DNA from: a virus
Taxonomy: Duplodnaviria; Caudoviricetes
Direction: 5' to 3' (one strand)
Virus record (IMG/VR): IMGVR_UViG_3300047557_002530
Length of the DNA: 64,000 nucleotides
Below the pieces are notes generated by a model. That model was not told where the DNA came from, made no database searches, and saw only the letters and a list, made by a program, of their open reading frames with translations. The position numbers and the translations under genes are program-made. Shown here piece by piece: positions 47,060 to 57,225 of this stretch (its first letter is position 1; the number at the start of each line of letters is the position of its first letter).

Positions 47060-48385
47060 ATGGCTCAGTGGAATATAACAACCCAAGATTACTTAAATCA
47101 AGAAAGAAGTCTTTTTGAGGTTAATGGTGTTGCAACAAGAGATGGAAAAATTGTAGATGAGTACAATAGATTTCCAGTTAGCATAAATTCTGATGCTTTT
47201 GGAAGAACAAGAGTATCAAATCCATTAACACTTTTTGATTCTTCTCACCGATATAGAGATAATAATCTGTGGGATAGTTTAGTCATAGGAACTGGTTCTA
47301 CTGTTGGATTTGCAACAACAGCAGGTTTAGTTAATATGACTGTAGGTGTTGGAAGTACCGCATCAGTTATTAGAGAAACTACAAAAGTATTTTCATATCA
47401 ACCAGGAAAATCCTTGTTGACTATGAATACCTTTATATTGAATCCACCAAAAGAAAATCTAAGGCAAAGAGTTGGGTATTTTGGTGCTGATAATGGAATA
47501 TATTTTGAGGTTGATGGAACCACTGCATATTTTGTAGAGAGAAGTTTATCATTAGGAACAGAGACAAGAGTTTCTCAGTCAAACTGGAATATTGATAAGT
47601 TAGACGGAACAGGTGTTTCTGGAATTACATTAGATTTAACTAAGGCACAAATCCTTTGGATGGATATTGAGTGGTTAGGACTTGGAAATGTAAGACTTGG
47701 ATTTATAATTGATGGAAAGTTTATTCACGCACATACTTTCCAACACGCAAATATAATTCAATCAACCTATATTACAACAGCATCACTTCCATTGAGGTAT
47801 GAGATTAGCAACACTGGAATTACAACCAGTGCAAGTACGTTAAAGCAGGTTTGCTCCACAGTAATTTCTGAAGGTGGTTATGAACTTCGTGGATTACAGC
47901 AAGCAATTTCAACACCGATTATTACACCAGTAGACTTACCAACTCCTAGAGGAACATATTACCCTGTTATTTCTATTCGATTAAAAGCACCAGTTAATGG
48001 GCAACCGGATAGATTGGATGCAATTGTTATTATGACCGCACTATCACTTATGGGGACTGGAAATGGTCCTCAATATAACTGGCAGATAAGAGCAAGTGCA
48101 ACCACATCGGGAGGAATTTGGGTGAGTGCCGGAGATGATTCTGCTGTTGAATATAAACTAGACGGTGGAACTGTTAGCGGTGGAAGAGTTCTGGCATCTG
48201 GATTCCTTACTTCAGCAAACCAATCATCACAATCAGTAGATATTCTAAAGGAAGCACTCTTTAAGTTTCAGTTAGAAAGAAACGGTTTAACTAAAACTCC
48301 ATATGAACTAACTTTAGTTGCTGCATCTGATACTGCAGGTGCTGATATCTTTGCTTCTATGGATTGGGAAGAAATTAGTAGGTAA
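47060..48385 (+). CDS. beta-rich hypothetical virion protein
   Basis: 441-aa ORF inside the head gene cluster (DAFGRTRVSNPLTLFDS, YQPGKS, DIEWLGLGNVRLGF). Confidence 0.75.
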   Translation: MAQWNITTQDYLNQERSLFEVNGVATRDGKIVDEYNRFPVSINSDAFGRTRVSNPLTLFDSSHRYRDNNLWDSLVIGTGSTVGFATTAGLVNMTVGVGSTASVIRETTKVFSYQPGKSLLTMNTFILNPPKENLRQRVGYFGADNGIYFEVDGTTAYFVERSLSLGTETRVSQSNWNIDKLDGTGVSGITLDLTKAQILWMDIEWLGLGNVRLGFIIDGKFIHAHTFQHANIIQSTYITTASLPLRYEISNTGITTSASTLKQVCSTVISEGGYELRGLQQAISTPIITPVDLPTPRGTYYPVISIRLKAPVNGQPDRLDAIVIMTALSLMGTGNGPQYNWQIRASATTSGGIWVSAGDDSAVEYKLDGGTVSGGRVLASGFLTSANQSSQSVDILKEALFKFQLERNGLTKTPYELTLVAASDTAGADIFASMDWEEISR

Positions 48386-48442
48386 TTATTTAACCTTAAC
48401 TTGATTAAATAATAAATAAATAAAAGTGTATTATTAAAAATA

Positions 48443-48997
48443 ATGGCTCATAGACCAATTGGTGCTGGAGCTTCATTTGCATTTTCTGCAGGTGCTGCGT
48501 CCACATCCTCAGCATTTTCAGTTCAATCTAATGTATTAAGAGTAGTTGCCGTTGGTGCAGCTGCTCATGTTGCTATTGGTACTGGATCAGCAGCATCGGT
48601 AACGGATTATTATATTCCATCAGGTCAATCAGTAACTCTTGGTCTTACCAAGGCTTCTAATAGAGTTGTTGGAATTACGACAGGTACAACTACAACAGTA
48701 ATAGTACCAGAGGGAACTCAAGTTCCATTTGGTGTTGGTGACTTTGTTTCGATATCGGCAACTGGTCAACCATATTATGATATTTCTCACGCAGCAGTTC
48801 TTTCAGTAAATACCATTACGAGTTTTGATGGGTATCATCAGACAAGAATGGTGATTGATTATAACTCTTCTGGAATATCAACTACCTTTGGCGCTTCATA
48901 TGCAGATGTGAAACTATCACAAAAAATCTCTGCATATGGTGCTGGCGGTGCAGGAGTTCTTTATTACCAACAAGTACAAATCACAGGTCAAGCATAA
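48443..48997 (+). CDS. hypothetical head-cluster protein
   Basis: 184 aa, preceded by AATAAATA at 48411; its stop overlaps the gp21 start. Confidence 0.75.
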   Translation: MAHRPIGAGASFAFSAGAASTSSAFSVQSNVLRVVAVGAAAHVAIGTGSAASVTDYYIPSGQSVTLGLTKASNRVVGITTGTTTTVIVPEGTQVPFGVGDFVSISATGQPYYDISHAAVLSVNTITSFDGYHQTRMVIDYNSSGISTTFGASYADVKLSQKISAYGAGGAGVLYYQQVQITGQA

Positions 48998-49647
48998 TGA
49001 AACTTATTACCGAAGAAATCGAATCAGTAGAAGTCCTTACCGAAACGGTCAACGGTAAGAAGACTCTTTATATTCAAGGACCTTTCTTACAAACAGAAAA
49101 AACAAACCGTAACAATAGACGTTATGGACGTGTTGTAATGGAAAGAGAGGTAAAGCGTTATACCGAGCAATATATTTGCAAAGGTCGTGCTCTTGGAGAA
49201 CTTGGACACCCCGATGGACCAACTGTAAATTTGGATCGTGTTTCACATAAAATTATTTCACTTGAGCAAAGAGGAAATGATTTTATTGGAAAGGCACAAA
49301 TCCTTTCAACTCCTATGGGGAAAATCGTAGAATCACTCCTCAAAGATGGAGTTTGTCTCGGTGTTTCTTCTCGTGGTATTGGTTCAGTAAGACAACATCC
49401 AAGTGGATATATGGAAGTCGGTGAGGACTTCATGCTTGCAACTGCAGCAGATATCGTGGCTGACCCTTCCGCACCTGATGCATTTGTTCAAGGAATTATG
49501 GAAGGTAAAGAGTGGGTATGGGATGGAGGAATGCTTCGCGAAAAAATGGCGGAGCAAACTCAAAGAAGAATTAATACTCTGGTAGATGAAAAACTTCTAG
49601 GAGAGTATAAGTTAAGTTTATTCAATGAGTTCCTAAATTCATTGTAA
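48997..49647 (+). CDS. gp21: prohead protease gp21
   Basis: ALGELGHP, LDRVSH, LGVSSRG.GS, DIVADPSAPDAFV. Confidence 0.97.
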   Translation: MKLITEEIESVEVLTETVNGKKTLYIQGPFLQTEKTNRNNRRYGRVVMEREVKRYTEQYICKGRALGELGHPDGPTVNLDRVSHKIISLEQRGNDFIGKAQILSTPMGKIVESLLKDGVCLGVSSRGIGSVRQHPSGYMEVGEDFMLATAADIVADPSAPDAFVQGIMEGKEWVWDGGMLREKMAEQTQRRINTLVDEKLLGEYKLSLFNEFLNSL

Positions 49648-49703
49648 TTAATTAAATTATAAATAAATATAGTTTATAACGTAAGGTTAAACGGAGAGTT
49701 CAA

Positions 49704-50876
49704 ATGTCTCGTGGAGATTTACAAGAAATGGAAGTAGGCACTAAGCAATCCAGAACCGCTGTTAATGCTAATGCCAAAGCAGCGGATGCGATGCCACACC
49801 TATCTGGGTCAACCCCAGGACAAACTGGTGGTTGGGAAGATCTCGGTGGTCCTGATCCTACCAATTATCGCCCCACCGATGATTCAGCAAAAATCAAAAC
49901 ACCTGGACAAACACTTAAGCAAGTTAAGGATGTTGTTAATAAAGGTGCCAAGGCTGCTGAAGCAATGAAGGGTGTTAAGGAAGATGAAGAGTTTGAGTAT
50001 GATGAAGACGAAGAACTTCTAGAATCTATGCACGAAGAAGACGACGAAGAAGAAGGTAGCAAGAAAAAAGGTAAAAAGAAAGGAAGTGACGAAGAGAACG
50101 AAGGTGACGAAGGTGACGAAGGTGACGAAGAAGATGATGAAATGAAAGAAGAGTTTAGCATCGAAGAAGATGTTAACGCTCTTCTAGATGGTGAAGATCT
50201 TTCTGAGGAATTTCAAGAGAAAGCACGCACCATCTTTGAAGCCGCTATTCGTTCAAAAGTTTATGAAATTCAAGAGTCTCTTGAGGAGCAATATGCAGTT
50301 GCTCTTCAAGAGGAAGTAGAAGAAATTAAGTCTGAACTTTCTGAGCGTGTTGACGCATACCTTGAGTATGTTTCTGGCGAGTGGATGGAAGAAAATGCGC
50401 TCGTCATCGAAAACGGTCTTAAGACCGAAATGACTGAATCATTCCTCCAAGGAATGAAGGGTCTTTTTGAAGATCATTATGTATCAATCCCTGAAGATAA
50501 ATATGATGTGCTTGAGAGCATGGTAGAAAAACTTGATGAAATGGAGACAAAACTCAACGAGCAAATTGAGAGAAATGTTTCCCTTAACAAGCGTCTCGCA
50601 GAGTCGGTTGCTGATGGAATCTTTGAACAGGTCTCTGATGGTCTTGCAGACACTCAGAAAGACAAGCTCGCTTCACTTGCCGAAAGTGTTGAGTTTGAAA
50701 GTGAAGAAGAATATCGTGAAAAACTGGAGACATTGAGGGAATCATATTTCCCATCAAGAGCAGTTTCTCCATCTGCAAGAACTGAAACTCTGTCTGAAGG
50801 TTTAGATAGTTCACCAGAAACTATTTCTGGTTCAATGGCTACCTATCTGAAGACTCTTTCAGCATTCCGCAAATAA
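49704..50876 (+). CDS. gp22: prohead core scaffold gp22
   Basis: Acidic coiled coil, LSEEFQEKARTIFEAA, YLEYV..EWMEEN; TATAAATA at 49658. Confidence 0.95.
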   Translation: MSRGDLQEMEVGTKQSRTAVNANAKAADAMPHLSGSTPGQTGGWEDLGGPDPTNYRPTDDSAKIKTPGQTLKQVKDVVNKGAKAAEAMKGVKEDEEFEYDEDEELLESMHEEDDEEEGSKKKGKKKGSDEENEGDEGDEGDEEDDEMKEEFSIEEDVNALLDGEDLSEEFQEKARTIFEAAIRSKVYEIQESLEEQYAVALQEEVEEIKSELSERVDAYLEYVSGEWMEENALVIENGLKTEMTESFLQGMKGLFEDHYVSIPEDKYDVLESMVEKLDEMETKLNEQIERNVSLNKRLAESVADGIFEQVSDGLADTQKDKLASLAESVEFESEEEYREKLETLRESYFPSRAVSPSARTETLSEGLDSSPETISGSMATYLKTLSAFRK

Positions 50877-50934
50877 TTGAATTTAATATAATTCAAACCC
50901 AAAAAACAAACACTTAGTAAAAGGTAAAAAGCAA

Positions 50935-52371
50935 ATGTTCCATTCCGAGCATCTGCAGGAAAAGTGGGCACCTCTCCTCAACTATGAGGGTCTTGATTCA
51001 ATCAAAGATTCTCATCGTAAAGCGGTAACCGCAGTCCTGCTCGAAAACCAAGAAAGATTTTTAAGAGAGCAATCTGCATTTGAGCACGGCTCAATGCAGA
51101 ACCTAATGGAATCACCAACCATGTCAGCTAATGCTGCTGGTGCTGGCGGTGGTTTCGGTGGTGGCGCTGGTCTTGCTGGTGGTCCTACCGCAGGTTTCGA
51201 TCCCGTACTGATCTCGCTGATCCGTCGTTCGATGCCTAATCTGATCGCTTATGACGTTGCTGGCGTTCAGCCAATGAGCGGTCCTACTGGACTCATCTTT
51301 GCGATGCGCTCCCAGTACTACAAAGAGGGTGCAAGAACTGAAGCATTCTATAACGAAGCTGATTCTGCATTCTCCGGTCAAGACTACGGTTTTGATGAAT
51401 CTGCTGGATTTACCGATGCTAACGTCGGTATGGGTACTACTACTCAATCAGGTAGCAACCCAAGCGTACTCAACCCAGTTGGAACCGCTACCTCAACGGC
51501 ATATAATGTCGGTCAGGGAATGGTTACCGGTGATGCAGAAAACCTTGACGGTACTGCTAACGATGCATTTAACCAGATGGCTTTCTCAATCGAGAAAGTC
51601 ACCGTTACTGCAAAGTCACGTGCTCTGAAGGCTGAGTACTCACTTGAGCTCGCTCAGGACCTCAAGGCAATCCACGGTCTGAATGCTGAAGCGGAACTCG
51701 CAAACATTCTCTCAACTGAGATTCTTGCTGAGATCAACCGCGAAGTTATTCGTACCATCTATAAGGTTGCAGAACAGGGTGCTGTACAAAATACCGCAAC
51801 TCCTGGTATCTTTGACCTAGACATCGACTCCAACGGTCGTTGGTCGGTTGAGAAGTTCAAGGGTCTTCTGTTCCAGATTGAGCGTGATGCTAACGCAATC
51901 GCTCAGAGAACTCGTCGTGGAAAGGGCAACATCATCCTCTGCTCTGCAGACGTTGCTTCCGCTCTAACCATGGCTGGCGTTCTGGATTATACCCCTGCAC
52001 TTAACGCTAACCTGTCTGTTGATGATACCGGCAATACTTTTGCTGGTACTCTGATGGGCAAATTCCGCGTTTACATTGACCCATATGCTGCTAACCTGAC
52101 TTCGGGTAACACCACCCCAGGCAACCAGTACTATGTTGTCGGTTATAAGGGTTCTTCACCTTATGACGCTGGACTCTTCTATTGTCCTTATGTTCCTCTC
52201 CAAATGGTTCGTGCCGTTGGTGAGAACAGCTTCCAGCCTAAGATTGGCTTTAAGACCCGTTACGGAATGGTTGCAAACCCATTCGCTGAGGGCACCAATC
52301 AGGGTCTCGGTCGCCTACAGACCAACCAGAACCGTTACTACAGACGTGTTGCTGTTAAGAACCTCATGTGA
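50935..52371 (+). CDS. gp23: major capsid protein gp23
   Basis: LQEKWAPLL, VQPMSGPTGLIFAMR, SRALKAEYSLELAQDLKAIHGL, YCPYVPL, FQPKIGFKTRYG. Confidence 0.99.
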   Translation: MFHSEHLQEKWAPLLNYEGLDSIKDSHRKAVTAVLLENQERFLREQSAFEHGSMQNLMESPTMSANAAGAGGGFGGGAGLAGGPTAGFDPVLISLIRRSMPNLIAYDVAGVQPMSGPTGLIFAMRSQYYKEGARTEAFYNEADSAFSGQDYGFDESAGFTDANVGMGTTTQSGSNPSVLNPVGTATSTAYNVGQGMVTGDAENLDGTANDAFNQMAFSIEKVTVTAKSRALKAEYSLELAQDLKAIHGLNAEAELANILSTEILAEINREVIRTIYKVAEQGAVQNTATPGIFDLDIDSNGRWSVEKFKGLLFQIERDANAIAQRTRRGKGNIILCSADVASALTMAGVLDYTPALNANLSVDDTGNTFAGTLMGKFRVYIDPYAANLTSGNTTPGNQYYVVGYKGSSPYDAGLFYCPYVPLQMVRAVGENSFQPKIGFKTRYGMVANPFAEGTNQGLGRLQTNQNRYYRRVAVKNLM

Positions 52372-52392
52372 TTTAAATCACAAAAGGTTTCT

Positions 52393-52418
52393 GGGACCCC
52401 AAAAGGGTCCCTTTTTTT
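52393..52418 (+). terminator. intrinsic terminator after gp23
   Basis: GGGACCC-caaaa-GGGTCCC followed by a T run. Confidence 0.9.
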
Positions 52419-52436
52419 ATCTAAATATTTAAAAAA

Positions 52437-52997
52437 ATGGCAACAAACGCATATAAGAACCAAATTAAAAATAGAAACTTTTTATCGCCAACAGGATTTA
52501 AGTTCATTTTAAATAGAGCACCAGAGGTTGCGTTTTTTTCTAACTCAGCAAATATACCAGGAATAACACTTGGTATAGCAAATCAAAGCAACTACTTGAG
52601 AGACATACCGCAACCAGGGGAGAAGTTAGATTTTGATGACTTCAATCTAAGATTTATGGTGGATGAAGATTTGGCGAACTATAATGAAGTTTCAAAATGG
52701 ATGAGAGGACTTGGATTTCCAGAAAGTTTAAATGAAATATATAACTTACAGAAAGATAATCCAAATTTAAATCAACCAAACAAGACTCAACTTAACTTAT
52801 ACTCTGACGGAACACTAACTGTCTATAATAGCAATTTTAAACCAAACTTTAAGATTAAGTTTAGAGATATGTTTCCATATAGTTTGACAACTTTGGAATT
52901 TGATTCAACTCAAACCGATATCCAGTACTTTACTGCAGAGGTCAACTTCAAGTATACTATGTTTAACATCACCGATTTGGACGGCAATCCTTTATGA
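52437..52997 (+). CDS. gp3: tail completion protein gp3
   Basis: NRNFLSPTGFKF, FMVDEDL.NY, FRDMFPYSLTTLEFD. Confidence 0.9.
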   Translation: MATNAYKNQIKNRNFLSPTGFKFILNRAPEVAFFSNSANIPGITLGIANQSNYLRDIPQPGEKLDFDDFNLRFMVDEDLANYNEVSKWMRGLGFPESLNEIYNLQKDNPNLNQPNKTQLNLYSDGTLTVYNSNFKPNFKIKFRDMFPYSLTTLEFDSTQTDIQYFTAEVNFKYTMFNITDLDGNPL

Positions 52998-53431
52998 GTT
53001 TTGATTTAGATATGATCCAGAAGATGTGGGAACAAGATTCTAAGATTGATATGGATAACCTTCATACGGAGTCTACAAACATTCCCGTTCTTCACGCAAA
53101 GTATTTTGATCTTTACAATACAATTTTTCTATTGAGAAAAAAAGCAGAGCAACAAAAAAGAAATATTAGACATGAAAGATATGAATACTATTCTGGCAAA
53201 TCAGACCCAGAAGTATATGTAGAAAATCCTTTTCCAAAAAAGATTCGCGATAAAGATACAATGCAAAAATATCTTGATGCTGATGAAAAACTTTCAACAG
53301 TATGTCTTAAAATAGATTACTACGATACAATGCTTACTTATATTGAGAGCATTTTAAAAATGATTCAGAACAGAACGTTTCAAATCAAAAATGCTATCGA
53401 GTTTATGAGATTTAACGCTGGACTAGGGTAA
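52994..53431 (+). CDS. uvsY: recombination mediator UvsY
   Basis: IP.LHAKY, R.FQIKNAIE; lies before uvsW. Confidence 0.9.
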   Translation: MSFDLDMIQKMWEQDSKIDMDNLHTESTNIPVLHAKYFDLYNTIFLLRKKAEQQKRNIRHERYEYYSGKSDPEVYVENPFPKKIRDKDTMQKYLDADEKLSTVCLKIDYYDTMLTYIESILKMIQNRTFQIKNAIEFMRFNAGLG

Positions 53432-53458
53432 ATAAATACTCATAGCAATTATGATGTT

Positions 53459-54922
53459 ATGAGTGACGTAATTATTGAAAAAAAGAATGAGGTTTACATT
53501 AAACTACATTGTGAACCTCATATTTTGTATGAACTTCAACCGTACTTTACATTTGAAGTCGAATCTGCCAAGTTTATGTCCCAGTATAGAAGCAGACACT
53601 GGGACGGCAAGATTCGACTGTTAAGTACTCATACTGGAGAAATTTATGCTGGTTTGTTGGATAAAGTTATTGACAAACTAACTCTCCATAACTATAAGTA
53701 TGAGTTTAAAAAAAATAAGTTTTATGGTATGCCTTTCGAAGTCGATGAAGGTGTATCATTTGAGGGTGTCAAGGATTATATGCAGTCTATTTGCACTCAT
53801 AGTCCACGTCAGTATCAATTAGAGGGAGTATACGACGCTCTAAGACATAATAGAAAATTATTGATATCACCCACAGCCTCAGGTAAATCCTTAATGATTT
53901 ACTCCCTCGTAAGGTATTACGTAGATAAAGGACAAAAAATTCTTCTAGTTGTTCCAACGACATCTCTTGTAGAGCAGATGTACAAGGATTTCCAAGACTA
54001 TGGTTGGAATGCTGAGTCATATTGTCACCGTATCTATTCTGGTAGAGAAAAAACAAACGAACATCCTGTAACGATTACAACTTGGCAATCTGTTTACAAA
54101 CTTGAACGTTCATTTTTTGAGGACTATGGAGTAGTTATAGGAGATGAAGCTCACCTATTTAAGAGCAAATCTCTTGTTGATATTATGTCTAAACTTCATC
54201 ACGCCAAGTATCGTTTTGGATTTACTGGAACTTTAGATGGCACTCAAACTCACAAGTGGGTTCTTGAAGGATTATTTGGTCCTTCATATAAGGTTACTCG
54301 AACTTATGAGTTGATGGAACAAGGACATATTTCTCAGTTAGATATTCGCTGCCTTGTTCTTAAGCACAAACCACAAAAGTTTGAAACTTATGAGGATGAG
54401 ATTCAATATTTAATTTCTCAAGAACAAAGAAATAAATTTATTACAAATCTTTCTCTAGATCTAAAGGGAAATACTCTTGTCCTTTTTTCAAGGGTAGAAG
54501 CACATGGAGCAGTTTTATATGAAAAGATAAATAATACCAAGCGAGGTGATCGTAAAGTATTTTTCATTCATGGTGGAGTTGATACTGAAGAAAGAGAAAT
54601 GGTTAGAGAAATAACAGAAAGGGAAAACAATGCAATCATTGTTGCTTCCTATGGAACTTTTTCCACTGGTATCAATATTAAAAATCTCCATAATGTTATC
54701 TTTGCATCTCCAAGCAAATCACGTATTAGAAATCTACAATCAATTGGACGAGTTCTTAGAAAAGGAAAAAATAAAGTAAAGGCAGTACTTTACGATATTT
54801 CTGATGATTGTACTTATAATTCAAGAAAAAATTATACTTTAAATCATTTAATTGAAAGAATCAAAATCTATAATGAAGAAAATTTTAACTATGAAATAAT
54901 CACCGTACAACTAAAAACATGA
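53459..54922 (+). CDS. uvsW: SF2 DNA helicase UvsW
   Basis: SPTASGKS, DEAH, FGFTGT, STGINI, LQSIGRVLR. Confidence 0.96.
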   Translation: MSDVIIEKKNEVYIKLHCEPHILYELQPYFTFEVESAKFMSQYRSRHWDGKIRLLSTHTGEIYAGLLDKVIDKLTLHNYKYEFKKNKFYGMPFEVDEGVSFEGVKDYMQSICTHSPRQYQLEGVYDALRHNRKLLISPTASGKSLMIYSLVRYYVDKGQKILLVVPTTSLVEQMYKDFQDYGWNAESYCHRIYSGREKTNEHPVTITTWQSVYKLERSFFEDYGVVIGDEAHLFKSKSLVDIMSKLHHAKYRFGFTGTLDGTQTHKWVLEGLFGPSYKVTRTYELMEQGHISQLDIRCLVLKHKPQKFETYEDEIQYLISQEQRNKFITNLSLDLKGNTLVLFSRVEAHGAVLYEKINNTKRGDRKVFFIHGGVDTEEREMVREITERENNAIIVASYGTFSTGINIKNLHNVIFASPSKSRIRNLQSIGRVLRKGKNKVKAVLYDISDDCTYNSRKNYTLNHLIERIKIYNEENFNYEIITVQLKT

Positions 54923-55311
54923 TTGAAGAAGATTTTTACGCAACAGTAAAATTAAAATCAGGCGAAGAAATCTTTGCCAAAGTAGCAGCTTCAGAAGAAG
55001 AAGATAGAACTCTATTAATTATATCAAATCCAATTACAGTCAATGAAATTAAAGGTAGAACAGGAGTAGTTGGATATAAACTAGAACCTTGGCTTAAAAC
55101 AACCAAAGAGGATATGTTTATTATCAATCTAGAAGATGTTCTCACTTTATCCGAATCTTCTGATGTTGAAATGATTATGATGTATCAAACATTTGTACGT
55201 CAAACCAATAAGAATGGTTCAAAACATTCAAAGATAAACAGAAGAATGGGTTACATCGCTAATGTCAATGATGCTAAAGAGATACTTGAAAAACTCTTTA
55301 AGAATAGCTAA
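54919..55311 (+). CDS. conserved hypothetical protein between uvsW and gp55
   Basis: 130-aa ORF (ATVKLKSGEEIFAKV); overlaps the uvsW stop. Confidence 0.8.
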   Translation: MIEEDFYATVKLKSGEEIFAKVAASEEEDRTLLIISNPITVNEIKGRTGVVGYKLEPWLKTTKEDMFIINLEDVLTLSESSDVEMIMMYQTFVRQTNKNGSKHSKINRRMGYIANVNDAKEILEKLFKNS

Positions 55312-55338
55312 ACCCTGACCTTCAAACCCAACAAAGGT

Positions 55339-55367
55339 ATTCTATCTGCATTTCAATACCTTGTCAA
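55339..55367 (-). promoter_or_regulatory. near-consensus sigma70 promoter on the minus strand
   Basis: Reverse complement reads TTGACA-aggtattgaaatgcaga (17 nt)-TAGAAT. Confidence 0.6.
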
Positions 55368-55389
55368 GCATATGCATAAGTGCTATAAT
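55361..55389 (+). promoter_or_regulatory. sigma70 promoter of gp55
   Basis: TTGTCA-17 nt-TATAAT with an extended -10 TG. Confidence 0.75.
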
Positions 55390-55413
55390 TCATACATATT
55401 ATGAGTTAACCTA

Positions 55414-55911
55414 ATGATAACCACAGCAGTTATGACCAAAAGAAAGAGGTCAGAGCACTACGTAAACAACAAAGAGTTTCTTGCAGCACTGATCAAATAC
55501 CGTGAAGACAAAGAGATTGCACTGATTCAAGGAAAACCAAAACCTCCTATTCCTCGCTACATTGGAGAGTGCTTCCTAAAGATTGCAAATCATTTATCAT
55601 TTAAACCAAATTTTGTCAACTACATGTTCAAAGAGGACATGATTTCTGATGGTATTGAAAATTGCGTACAGTATATCCACAACTTCAATCCCGAGAAGTC
55701 TCAAAATCCTTTTGCATACTTCACTCAAATTATTCACTACGCATTTCTTCGTCGTATCCAAAGAGAGAAGCGTCAACTAGAAATCAAAAATAAGATTCTT
55801 GAACGTTCTGGATTTTCTGAAGTATTCAGTGACGACAACACTATTGACGGCGGGAACTATTCCGACTACAATAGTATTAAGGACGGCATTCACAGCAAAC
55901 TGCGGTATTGA
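55414..55911 (+). CDS. gp55: late transcription sigma factor gp55
   Basis: HYVNNKEF, YMFKEDMISDGIENC, NPFAYFTQIIHYAFLRRIQREK. Confidence 0.97.
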   Translation: MITTAVMTKRKRSEHYVNNKEFLAALIKYREDKEIALIQGKPKPPIPRYIGECFLKIANHLSFKPNFVNYMFKEDMISDGIENCVQYIHNFNPEKSQNPFAYFTQIIHYAFLRRIQREKRQLEIKNKILERSGFSEVFSDDNTIDGGNYSDYNSIKDGIHSKLRY

Positions 55912-56952
55912 ATGAAAATTGCAATTATTACGGACCAGCACTTTGGAGCACGAAAGAATTCCAAACTCTTTCATGATTATTTCTTAGAATTCTACAATAA
56001 CGTATTTTTCCCAACGCTCGAAGAGTATGGGATTACTACTGTTGTAGATATGGGAGATACTTTTGATAGTCGTAAAGGAATTGATTTCTCCGCACTCTCT
56101 TGGGCTAAAAATAATTACTATGACCGTCTTCAAGAAATGGGAGTGAAGGTCCATACGATTGTAGGAAATCATACTGCATATTATAAGAACACTAATAATG
56201 TAAATGCAGTTGATTTGCTTTTGCGAGAATATGATAATGTAACCGTTTATTCGCAACCAACCGAAGTGATGTTGGGACAACTACCAACTCTTTTTATTCC
56301 ATGGATTAATCAAGAAAATGAGGAAAGCACTCTCAAACTTATTCAAAAGACAACTTGCCCGTGTGCGATGGGGCATCTTGAACTCCAAGGATTTAGAGTT
56401 AATAAACAAATCGTCATGGAGCATGGTCTGGAGAGCAAACTATTTGGTAAGTTCACCAGGGTCTACTCGGGACACTATCACACTAGATCAAATGATGGAA
56501 CAGTCTTCTATCTAGGTAATCCCTATGAGATTTATTGGACTGATGTGGGAGACACTAGAGGTTTCACTATTTTTGATACTGAAACAATAACTCACGAACC
56601 AGTGAATAATCCTTATAGAATGTTTTATAACATTTATTATGAGGACACTGACTATCAAACATTTGATACTCGTGTGTATGAAAATAAAATTGTAAAGGTT
56701 GTTGTTCGCAAGAAGTCCGATACTAAAAAGTTTGAAAAGTTTATTGATAAACTTTATGCTTCTAATATCGCAGAACTGAAGATTATTGAAAACTTTGATA
56801 TTCAAGAACCTGTAGAATTTGAAGCATTTGAAAGCGAAGACACTATTTCTATCTTGAATAGATATATTCAGGAGGCAGAAATTAATCTTGATAAATCTAT
56901 CATTCAAAAGATGATGCAAGAAATATATCAAGAAGCATGTGAAATAGTTTAA
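55912..56952 (+). CDS. gp47: recombination endonuclease subunit gp47 (Mre11/SbcD-like)
   Basis: TDQHFG, MGDTFD, VGNH, GHLEL, SGHYH. Confidence 0.96.
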   Translation: MKIAIITDQHFGARKNSKLFHDYFLEFYNNVFFPTLEEYGITTVVDMGDTFDSRKGIDFSALSWAKNNYYDRLQEMGVKVHTIVGNHTAYYKNTNNVNAVDLLLREYDNVTVYSQPTEVMLGQLPTLFIPWINQENEESTLKLIQKTTCPCAMGHLELQGFRVNKQIVMEHGLESKLFGKFTRVYSGHYHTRSNDGTVFYLGNPYEIYWTDVGDTRGFTIFDTETITHEPVNNPYRMFYNIYYEDTDYQTFDTRVYENKIVKVVVRKKSDTKKFEKFIDKLYASNIAELKIIENFDIQEPVEFEAFESEDTISILNRYIQEAEINLDKSIIQKMMQEIYQEACEIV

Positions 56953-57225
56953 ATGTTTATTCTAACAATTAATGGCAGAGAAACTGAAGGAGCATATTCG
57001 GTAATTGATGATGAAGGAGAACATATTCTTTATCTCTTCGAGGAAGAGGATGATGCAACTAGGTATGCTATGATGTTAGAAGAAGATGGATATCCAGAAA
57101 TGCATGTAATTGAAATTGAAGATGAGGTGATGATAAAAACTTGTGAGATACATGGATATCAATATACAATTATAACCCCAGATGATATCGTAATTCCTCC
57201 AGACATTGATCATGATTTTATTTAA
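56953..57225 (+). CDS. small acidic conserved hypothetical protein
   Basis: 90-aa ORF between gp47 and gp46 (LFEEEDDATRYAMMLE). Confidence 0.8.
   Translation: MFILTINGRETEGAYSVIDDEGEHILYLFEEEDDATRYAMMLEEDGYPEMHVIEIEDEVMIKTCEIHGYQYTIITPDDIVIPPDIDHDFI

Noticed and set aside
50100-50130. (GAAGGTGAC)x3 repeat in gp22
   Set aside because: An in-frame EGD expansion in an acidic low-complexity linker; ordinary slippage.
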